This document shows positions 26,292 through 32,739 of a stretch of DNA of 50,255 nucleotides, piece after piece (positions within the stretch are counted from its first letter, which is position 1; the number at the start of each line of letters is the position of its first letter). The stretch comes from Patescibacteria group bacterium (GTDB lineage Bacteria > Patescibacteriota > Minisyncoccia > Moranbacterales > JAKLHP01). The DNA lies in assembly GCA_043803385.1 (NCBI GenBank), contig JAZDKA010000049.1:1-50255 (forward strand). The letters are read 5' to 3'. A program made the translations under genes and the position numbers. Below the pieces are notes generated by a model. The model saw only the letters and a list, made by a program, of their open reading frames with translations, was not told the DNA's origin and did no database searches.

Positions 26292-27845
26292 TTAGGCTTT
26301 ATCCTGTGGATAAGCATTAGTTTTATTACTTATCCACACTTTGCTCCCAATAATAAGCCCTAGAATAAGCCAAAATATTATTTGTCCTTGCTGAATATCC
26401 CAAAAATAATGATCAAAAAGCATTATAAATAAAAAACCGAAAAACAAGCTTTTTAATGTCAAATGAAGTTTATCTTCTGGGAATTTCCTGTACGGAAAAT
26501 TTTTCGCTACTTCCCAAATAAACCAAACAAATAATATAAGTCCAATTATTCCTAATTCGTTTAAAATAAGCAGAAACACGTTATGAACTGGCTGAAACTG
26601 CCAATTCTGAATTCCGGAAACATTAGCTAATTGATAAACATATTGTCCTATTCCGACTCCTATGACCGGATTTTCCAAAAATGTTCCACGTGAAACATTT
26701 AGATAAAACATCCTATCCTCAATGCTTTTCCCTATTATCGAGTACCAATTTGGCCTTATTATAAAAATTAGCAGAAAAATTATACTCACTATCAAGCCAA
26801 AGTACTTAAGTTTTCTAGCCACGAACTTCAAAAATGTTCCGCGCCTGCCCCGTAGAATGTTCCACGTGGAACATTTGTACTGGGGTGGAACATTTTTATA
26901 CCACAAATACAAAACTGCGATAATTAACCCAATCCAGGCAGATTTAGAGAAAGTTAAAACTAGGGTTAAAAGCTGAATTCCTAAAACTGAATAATACATA
27001 CTATTGTTCCACGCTTGCCCCGTCAATTGTTCCACGCTTGCCCCGTCAATTGTTCCACGTGGAACAATTTGACTGGGATGGAACACCTTAAAATACAAAA
27101 CTGTTAAGATTATAGATAAAACTAAAAATCCGCCGAGAATATTAGGATGCGGAAATAAGCCGTAAGATCTAATATATTTCTCTCCATTAAGCACTATTTT
27201 GGCTACTCCTGAAATATCCGATGAAATTATGCTTTCTTTAAGCCAAATAAGGCCAATTGACTTTTGAACAATAAATTGCCAAATTCCAATGAAGGATTGA
27301 GCTATCCCGATAGATATAATTATTAGAAATAAATTCTTTTTTATTGTGTTCCACCCCAGTAGCAAAGAAAATGTTCCACGTGGAACATTTTCTTGCAACG
27401 GGGCAGGCGTGGAACAATTGGTTGCTATGAGACAAGCGTGGAACAATCTAAAGATAACCCAGAGATAAAGTAAATAAAATTCCAGTAATTTTATAGATCT
27501 AAAAATAGCTACTTGCCAGTTATCTGACCAAAAGGCGCTAATAAAGGAAAAAATGACTAACAGCAGGGGAATTATAACAACTTTTTGCTTTAAATAAGCT
27601 ACAAAGTAAGGATTACTCCTTGACTTTGATAGTATTTTATTGTATAATATAGATAACCCAGTGATTATTAGCACAAACAAAAGAAAAATATCAGATAAAT
27701 ATATATAAATTCCGGTATATTCATTAAACTGTTCCCTTATTGGGTAAAAAAACAAAACTTTCCTGATTGAAAGCGTAAAAGTCAAAAGAAAACCGTAAAA
27801 AAACCAGATTTCTAATTTATTTAAAAAATTTATTATCCTTTCCAT
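26292..27845 (-). CDS. O-antigen ligase (Wzy_C)-like polytopic membrane protein carrying in-frame palindromic inserts
   Basis: About 12 hydrophobic spans. GLFPHPNILGG, GVGIGQYVY and QPVHNVFLLILNELGIIG resemble the O-antigen ligase domain. Four VPRGT/CSTWN-type peptide islands come from parS palindromes. Confidence 0.65.
   Translation of the reverse strand: MERIINFLNKLEIWFFYGFLLTFTLSIRKVLFFYPIREQFNEYTGIYIYLSDIFLLFVLIITGLSILYNKILSKSRSNPYFVAYLKQKVVIIPLLLVIFSFISAFWSDNWQVAIFRSIKLLEFYLLYLWVIFRLFHACLIATNCSTPAPLQENVPRGTFSLLLGWNTIKKNLFLIIISIGIAQSFIGIWQFIVQKSIGLIWLKESIISSDISGVAKIVLNGEKYIRSYGLFPHPNILGGFLVLSIILTVLYFKVFHPSQIVPRGTIDGASVEQLTGQAWNNSMYYSVLGIQLLTLVLTFSKSAWIGLIIAVLYLWYKNVPPQYKCSTWNILRGRRGTFLKFVARKLKYFGLIVSIIFLLIFIIRPNWYSIIGKSIEDRMFYLNVSRGTFLENPVIGVGIGQYVYQLANVSGIQNWQFQPVHNVFLLILNELGIIGLILFVWFIWEVAKNFPYRKFPEDKLHLTLKSLFFGFLFIMLFDHYFWDIQQGQIIFWLILGLIIGSKVWISNKTNAYPQDKA
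26305..26338. promoter_or_regulatory. Two perfect DnaA boxes in inverted orientation
   Basis: TGTGGATAA at 26305-26313 and TTATCCACA at 26330-26338. Confidence 0.6.
26682..26697. promoter_or_regulatory. parS: parS site S1
   Basis: TGTTCCACGTGAAACA is identical to the Bacillus-type parS consensus TGTTNCACGTGAAACA. Confidence 0.75.
26858..26873. promoter_or_regulatory. parS: parS site S2
   Basis: TGTTCCACGTGGAACA, a perfect 16-bp palindrome one step from the parS consensus. Confidence 0.7.
27051..27066. promoter_or_regulatory. parS: parS site S3
   Basis: TGTTCCACGTGGAACA. Confidence 0.7.
27372..27387. promoter_or_regulatory. parS: parS site S4
   Basis: TGTTCCACGTGGAACA. Confidence 0.7.
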
Positions 27846-28035
27846 CTTTTAATTATACATCATTCTTTCACCCCCACACCAGAAGATTATAAATGCAAAG
27901 CGAATTAAGTTCAACTAACTTAGTCGATCTCTCGGTGTGGGGGTTTATTCTTAAACATTACTTATAAATTGTTTCTGTGATATAATCTTGATATTGCGTT
28001 TGTTCTTTGCAAAATAAAAAAATAGGGGTGAAAAA

Positions 28036-29133
28036 ATGAAAAACGAAAATGTTTTTAAACCCCTTACGGTTAAGGGGAAAGTGATTAAGATACCCATTAT
28101 CCAAGGAGGAATGGGAATTGGGGTCTCGCTTGCCCCTCTCGCCAGCGCTGTTGCGAGAGAAGGAGGTGTCGGTATTATATCGAGTGCCTGCCTCGACAGG
28201 CTTATATCAAGAAGAAACGGTAAACAATATAACACCTATGAGGCAACTTATGAAGAAATATCACTGGCAAAGGCAAATGGGGGTCTTGCCGGCATAAATA
28301 TAATGGTTGCCCTCATAAAAGATTACGATAATTCCGTGAAAGGCGCTATCGATGCCGGTGCAGATGTTATTATTTCCGGCGGGGGTTTACCCCTTAATCT
28401 GCCAAATATTACGAAACCAAAGGACACTGCGCTTATCCCTATCGTCTCATCTGCAAGAGCCCTCGAATTAATATGCAGGAAATGGGAAAGGGCAGGCTAT
28501 AGGCCTGATGCGGTTGTGCTTGAAGGACCATTGGCAGGCGGCCATCTGGGATTCAAATTTGAAGAAATAAACCTCGAATCAAATAGGCTAGAGAATCTTT
28601 TTCTTCCCGTCAAAGAGATATCTATAGAACACGGTGGATTTCCCGTGATAGTTGCAGGCGGTATATATACGTATGCCGATATTGTAAGATTTCTGAAAAT
28701 GGGAGCAGACGGCGTGCAAATGGGAACACGTTTTCTTGTTACCGAGGAAAGTAGCGCATCGGCAGCATATAAACAGGCTGTTATTGATGTTAAAAAGGAA
28801 GATATAGTTATTACTCAAAGACCTGGTTCACCCTGTGGCTTGCCTTTTATGGTTATAAGGAACTCACCCATGTTTTTAAGCGCTCTTGAAAAAAGAAGAC
28901 AGCCTGAGTGCAACAAGGGATATTTGCTATCCAAAGATGCGAGTGGCCAATATACACGGTGCAACTCAAGAAATGATAATAAAGTCAGCTTCTGCATTTG
29001 CAATGGGCTTCTCTCTTCGGCAGGATATAATCCCCATGATGAAGAGCCGCTCTATACCGTAGGCGCAAATGGTTACAGGATCGATAAGCTTACGACGGTC
29101 AAAGCATTAATGAAGGAGCTCAAAGGAGGATGA
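28036..29133 (+). CDS. Nitronate monooxygenase / FabK-like NAD(P)H-dependent flavin oxidoreductase
   Basis: IPIIQGGMGIGVS near the N-terminus and a later GADGVQMGTRF. Visibly more GC-rich than its neighbours. Confidence 0.75.
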   Translation: MKNENVFKPLTVKGKVIKIPIIQGGMGIGVSLAPLASAVAREGGVGIISSACLDRLISRRNGKQYNTYEATYEEISLAKANGGLAGINIMVALIKDYDNSVKGAIDAGADVIISGGGLPLNLPNITKPKDTALIPIVSSARALELICRKWERAGYRPDAVVLEGPLAGGHLGFKFEEINLESNRLENLFLPVKEISIEHGGFPVIVAGGIYTYADIVRFLKMGADGVQMGTRFLVTEESSASAAYKQAVIDVKKEDIVITQRPGSPCGLPFMVIRNSPMFLSALEKRRQPECNKGYLLSKDASGQYTRCNSRNDNKVSFCICNGLLSSAGYNPHDEEPLYTVGANGYRIDKLTTVKALMKELKGG

Positions 29134-29134
29134 A

Positions 29135-29175
29135 AGAGGTATGTTTAGCAATGCTAACATGCCTCTATTTTTTTT
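29135..29175 (+). terminator. Rho-independent terminator
   Basis: Long stem AGAGGTATGTTTAGCA / TGCTAACATGCCTCT followed by a T-run. Confidence 0.75.
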
Positions 29176-29203
29176 ATTGACCAATCACCACAAGTTGATA
29201 TGA

Positions 29204-30772
29204 TTAGTTATGTAGTTTTAAAATAATTTGGGCCGTTAGCTCATTTGGTAGAGCGCATCCATGGCATGGATGAGGCGACCGGTTCGATCCCGGTACGGTC
29301 CACCAGACAGGAAATTGCAAGCAAGAGGTGGTCGCCTCGCTTCGCTCGGCGACCAAATCGTAAGGAATTTTGGGCGAAAAAATCAGTTGGCGATTCTGTA
29401 AAATGCAGTTCGAGCCGATATTTTTAAGAAATGTTGTCATTTCTGATTTGTTTTCCGTTTCAAGTAGTTTTGCGGCTTGATTAAGCGATAAAACGAACTC
29501 ACGTGCCGGTTCGAGCCACGACAGACCTTTCTGTTCAAAATCTCGGATTTTTTCCTGCAGACCGACCTTTTCCTTAACCAACCTTTCTTTGCGAGAGGCA
29601 TATTCCTCGGCAGTAATTATTTCTTCCAAATAAACATCAAGTAGTTTTTCGAGTTTTTTCTCAATTTCCAAAAATGTCGTCTTGAGGTTTTGAACAGTAA
29701 TTTTGGTTTGCTCTTTTGCTTGCGTTTCCTCCTTGTTTAACTCGGCCAAAACTTTTTCTGTGTCGTGGTTCGGCAAAGAAATTTTTTGAAGAAAGGTTTT
29801 GATTTGTTGATATAATTCTTCTTCCCGCAAAAAGTGTTTTTCTTGGCATGGTCCTTTCTTTTTCGTACAGCGATAGTAAATATATTCTCTGCCGCTCGGC
29901 TTGATTTTCTTTTCAGCGGTTATTGCCGCTGAGCAAGGGCATTTCATTAAACCAAGAAAAGCAAAATTATGTTTTTTCACTTTTTGCGGCTTGCCTTTTT
30001 CTCGCATAATTTCCTGCACCTTATCAAAAAGTTTCTTTGAAATTAACGGCTCGTGAGTGGCTTCGTGGATTTCGCCTTTGTACTTCATGAGACCAATGTA
30101 GAAAACATTTTGCAAAAGCGTATGGACTTTTCCAATTGAAATTTCATTGCCCAAATTGCTTTTGAGATCTATTCGTTTGCACCGCTCGGCTATTTCTCGA
30201 AGGTTGTAATTTCCGGTGGCATAAAGCTCAAAAATTTTTTTCAACTTCGGTGCTTTCTCGGTATCAACATCAATTCCTCTGGTTTTTGGATTGTTGAGGT
30301 AGCCGAGTGGTGCCTTGCTGGGCCAAACGCCGTTTCTAACTTTCTGCCTCATGCCGCGAGTGACATTTTCTCTTAAACTATCCACATAATATTTTGATTG
30401 GCCAAAAGCAATTTGGAGCATGAAAAGTCCTTGAGGTGTCGGTTCAAACCAAAATGTTGGAAACTTTAATGATTTAATCAAGCCGCGATCAATCATGTGA
30501 ATTATTTTTCCGCCGTCCACAGAATTGCGCGCCAATCTATCCGGATTCCAACTCAAAATTCCTTCTGCTTTTCCATTTTCTATCAATGACAACATTTCTG
30601 CGAATTTAATTCGCCCAGGTTCTTTGGCGGTTTTTGCCTCTTGAAAAGAGGCGACAATTTCAAGTTTTTCTTTGGCGGCAAATTCTTTTAATTCAAAAAT
30701 CTGGGCCTCAATACTCAAGACCTGTCGGTCATCTTCTTCGGTAGATTTTCTTGCATAAAGTATATATTTCAT
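29204..30772 (-). CDS. Large serine recombinase (resolvase domain + recombinase domain + zinc ribbon + coiled coil); true 3' end uncertain
   Basis: N-terminal YARKSTEEDDRQVLSIEAQ (catalytic Ser context), PDRLARN, and zinc-ribbon-like CPCS...YYRCTKKKGPC. The ORF runs on antisense through the att arm and the whole tRNA-Ala gene. Confidence 0.85.
   Translation of the reverse strand: MKYILYARKSTEEDDRQVLSIEAQIFELKEFAAKEKLEIVASFQEAKTAKEPGRIKFAEMLSLIENGKAEGILSWNPDRLARNSVDGGKIIHMIDRGLIKSLKFPTFWFEPTPQGLFMLQIAFGQSKYYVDSLRENVTRGMRQKVRNGVWPSKAPLGYLNNPKTRGIDVDTEKAPKLKKIFELYATGNYNLREIAERCKRIDLKSNLGNEISIGKVHTLLQNVFYIGLMKYKGEIHEATHEPLISKKLFDKVQEIMREKGKPQKVKKHNFAFLGLMKCPCSAAITAEKKIKPSGREYIYYRCTKKKGPCQEKHFLREEELYQQIKTFLQKISLPNHDTEKVLAELNKEETQAKEQTKITVQNLKTTFLEIEKKLEKLLDVYLEEIITAEEYASRKERLVKEKVGLQEKIRDFEQKGLSWLEPAREFVLSLNQAAKLLETENKSEMTTFLKNIGSNCILQNRQLIFSPKIPYDLVAERSEATTSCLQFPVWWTVPGSNRSPHPCHGCALPNELTAQIILKLHN
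29230..29305 (+). tRNA. tRNA-Ala(GGC), CCA encoded
   Basis: GGGCCGT...CATCC-ATGGCAT-GGATG...GGTTCGATCCCGG...ACGGTCC-ACCA, with the G3:U70 alanine identity pair. Confidence 0.9.
29306..29396 (+). repeat. IR1 copy a (att arm 1; encodes the recombinase C-terminal tail on the minus strand)
   Basis: Inverted match to 30820-30910. Perfect blocks: ACAGGAAATTGCAAG, GCTCGGCGACCAAAT and TTTGGGCGAAAAAATCA. Confidence 0.75.
29399..29426 (+). repeat. IR2 copy a
   Basis: 28 of 28 nt are the reverse complement of 31023-31050. Confidence 0.85.
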
Positions 30773-30819
30773 ATTTTTATTGGATTAAGGATTAAAAAAT
30801 TTTCTTTCCCCAAAATGCA

Positions 30820-30910
30820 TAATCGCAAAATGATTTTTTCGCCCAAATTTCTTTTTTATTTGGTCGCCGAGCTACGCGTGGCGAATCTTGAAAACTTGCA
30901 ATTTCCTGTT
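30820..30910 (-). repeat. IR1 copy b
   Basis: See 29306-29396. Confidence 0.75.
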
Positions 30911-30917
30911 TGGTGGG

Positions 30918-31001
30918 CTATTCTTAAAATAGTTCGGACGCATTTCGCCGCCACAGGCGGCGAGGGTCTGGCCAAAAATTACGAACCGAAATCCTGAACT
31001 T
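30918..31001 (-). repeat. IR3 copy a (att arm 3)
   Basis: 84-nt near-perfect reverse complement of 32489-32572. Differences lie mainly in the 3-nt loop of the CGCCGCC-nnn-GGCGGCG hairpin, plus one other position. Confidence 0.85.
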
Positions 31002-31022
31002 AAAAACTGCCAAAGAACCTGA

Positions 31023-31050
31023 TAAAAATATCGGCTCGAACTGCATTTTA
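31023..31050 (-). repeat. IR2 copy b
   Basis: See 29399-29426. Confidence 0.85.
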
Positions 31051-31157
31051 ATTTTGGGAAAAGAAAATTTTTCATTTGAAGTATTAAGAAATGAGTGTTA
31101 AAATTTTTAAAAGGTCGAACAAAATTAAAAGTAATAATTACCAAAAAAGAAATTGAT

Positions 31158-32357
31158 ATGAAAAAATTTACTTTAGGCGCAATAACCCTCTTTGCCATCT
31201 TTGGCCTAACGCTATTTGTGGTTCAAGCCATGGCTCAAACCAATGGCGTTGGTGGACGTAAAATTGTCGTTTTTCAGACTGGCCTGAACGATGCCGCTAA
31301 AGACGAAATCATTGTCCGCGCTGGCGGCGCCAAATTGAAGAATCTTGATCTTATTGGCGCTAAAGCGGTGTGGGTGCCAGATCGTTCGGCGGCAGCGAAA
31401 TTGGCTGCTTATCCCGGTGTAGTGCGAGTGGACGATGATGTAATAGTGGAAGCGCTTGTTAAAGAAGGATTTGTGGCAGTAAAGGGAGTATCTTTTCAAC
31501 CAGTTGAGGTGCTTCCCTGGGGAGTTGATCGCGTAGACGCAGAACTTGTCTGGCCCTCGGGCAACACTGCTGACCCAATCAAAGTTGGCATTATTGACAC
31601 GGGCATTTCCAACACACACCCTGACCTTTTGGCTAACGTGAAAGGCGGTGTCAATACCATCAATCCACGTAAAAATTGGAATGATGATAATGGTCATGGT
31701 TCGCATGTAGCCGGAATTGTCGGAGCGATTGATAATACGATTGGAGCGATTGGTGTTGGACCAGCCATTGATCTCTTCGCCATTAAGGTATTGGACAGGA
31801 ACGGTTCAGGATACCTCTCAGACGTGATTGAAGGAATCCAGTGGGCAGTTGCACACAATATGCAGGTGGTCAATATGAGCTTGGGTACGGCTTCAGATAT
31901 CCAGTCATTTCACGACGCTGTGATTGTTGCCAAAAACGCCGGTGTTGTGGTGGTGGCAGCCGCAGGAAACAGTGGCGGCTCGGTTATCTTTCCGGCGAAA
32001 TATCAGGAGACAATTGCGGTTTCGGCCACTGACCAGAACAATGTAATTGCTTCTTGGTCCAGCCGCGGCCCCGAAGTGGACTTAGCTGCTCCTGGCGTGA
32101 GCATTTATTCAACCTACAAAGGCACGGGTTACGCCACACTTTCTGGGACTTCAATGGCCGCTCCACATGTTGCCGGCTCCGCTGCTCTTGTCTTGAATAC
32201 GTCAGTCGGCGGGTATGATGTTAATCTCAATGGGAAGTGGGATTCGGATGAAGTGCAGAAGAAACTTCAAGATCGCGCCGTTGACTTGGGAAATACAGGA
32301 TTTGATAATCTCTATGGTTGGGGGTTGGTAAATGCATATAGTGCCGTGCAGCAGTAA
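31158..32357 (+). CDS. Secreted subtilisin-family (S8) serine protease with an N-terminal I9-like propeptide
   Basis: Signal peptide MKKFTLGAITLFAIFGLTLFVVQAMA. Catalytic triad contexts VGIIDTGI, GHGSHVAGIVGA and SGTSMAAPHVAGSAAL. GC-rich relative to the host genes. Confidence 0.9.
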   Translation: MKKFTLGAITLFAIFGLTLFVVQAMAQTNGVGGRKIVVFQTGLNDAAKDEIIVRAGGAKLKNLDLIGAKAVWVPDRSAAAKLAAYPGVVRVDDDVIVEALVKEGFVAVKGVSFQPVEVLPWGVDRVDAELVWPSGNTADPIKVGIIDTGISNTHPDLLANVKGGVNTINPRKNWNDDNGHGSHVAGIVGAIDNTIGAIGVGPAIDLFAIKVLDRNGSGYLSDVIEGIQWAVAHNMQVVNMSLGTASDIQSFHDAVIVAKNAGVVVVAAAGNSGGSVIFPAKYQETIAVSATDQNNVIASWSSRGPEVDLAAPGVSIYSTYKGTGYATLSGTSMAAPHVAGSAALVLNTSVGGYDVNLNGKWDSDEVQKKLQDRAVDLGNTGFDNLYGWGLVNAYSAVQQ

Positions 32358-32488
32358 CTTCACCGTGCAAGGGCTTCGCGATGATTCAAGCAAAACTCGC
32401 CATTCGGCGGGTTTTGTGTATTCGACACCAGTATTTATGCTAAACTAAATATAAAATAGAGCCGCCAAAGAAAAACTTGAAATTGTCA

Positions 32489-32572
32489 AAGTTCAGGATT
32501 TCGGTTCGGAATTTTTGGCCAGACCCTCGCCGCCGCAGGCGGCGAAATGCGTCCGAACTATTTTAAGAATAG
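32489..32572 (+). repeat. IR3 copy b
   Basis: See 30918-31001. Confidence 0.85.
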
Positions 32573-32656
32573 TCCACAATAAATATGACTTAAATCAAAA
32601 GTCGTATTTTTTGTTAAATTTTTTCAATAGTGATATTGTATAAATAGTATTAATTT

Positions 32657-32728
32657 GCTCTCGTAGTTCAACGGATAGAACAAGGGACTCCTAAGCCCTA
32701 GATCCAGGTTCGATTCTTGGCGAGAGCA
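32657..32728 (+). tRNA. tRNA-Arg(CCU)
   Basis: GCTCTCG-TA-GTTCAACGGATAGAAC...AGGGA-CTCCTAA-GCCCT...CCAGGTTCGATTCTTGG-CGAGAGC-A. Confidence 0.85.
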
Positions 32729-32739
32729 CTAGAATAAAT

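Larger units (their letters stand above)
29299..32579. mobile_element. Integrative element at the 3' end of tRNA-Ala: serine recombinase, subtilisin cargo and internal inverted att-like junction
   Basis: The cores TCCACCA (29299), CCCACCA (30917-30911, minus strand) and TCCACAA (32573) have swapped flanking arms. See findings. Confidence 0.65.

Noticed and set aside
27003-27048. Two exact tandem 23-nt units, considered as a possible CRISPR or mini-array
   Set aside because: There are only two units, no spacers and no cas genes. The units are arm duplications of the parS-centred palindrome.
30815-31198. ORFs 30815-30997 (+) and 30872-31198 (-)
   Set aside because: They lie entirely within IR1/IR3 and recombinase-fragment sequence. 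The plus-strand one mirrors the recombinase C-terminal tail encoded by the other IR copy. They are most likely repeat-derived rather than independent genes.
29204-32600. Considered whether the recombinase region is a prophage
   Set aside because: There are no capsid, terminase, tail, portal or lysis genes. The only cargo is one protease gene, so it is treated as a small integrative element.
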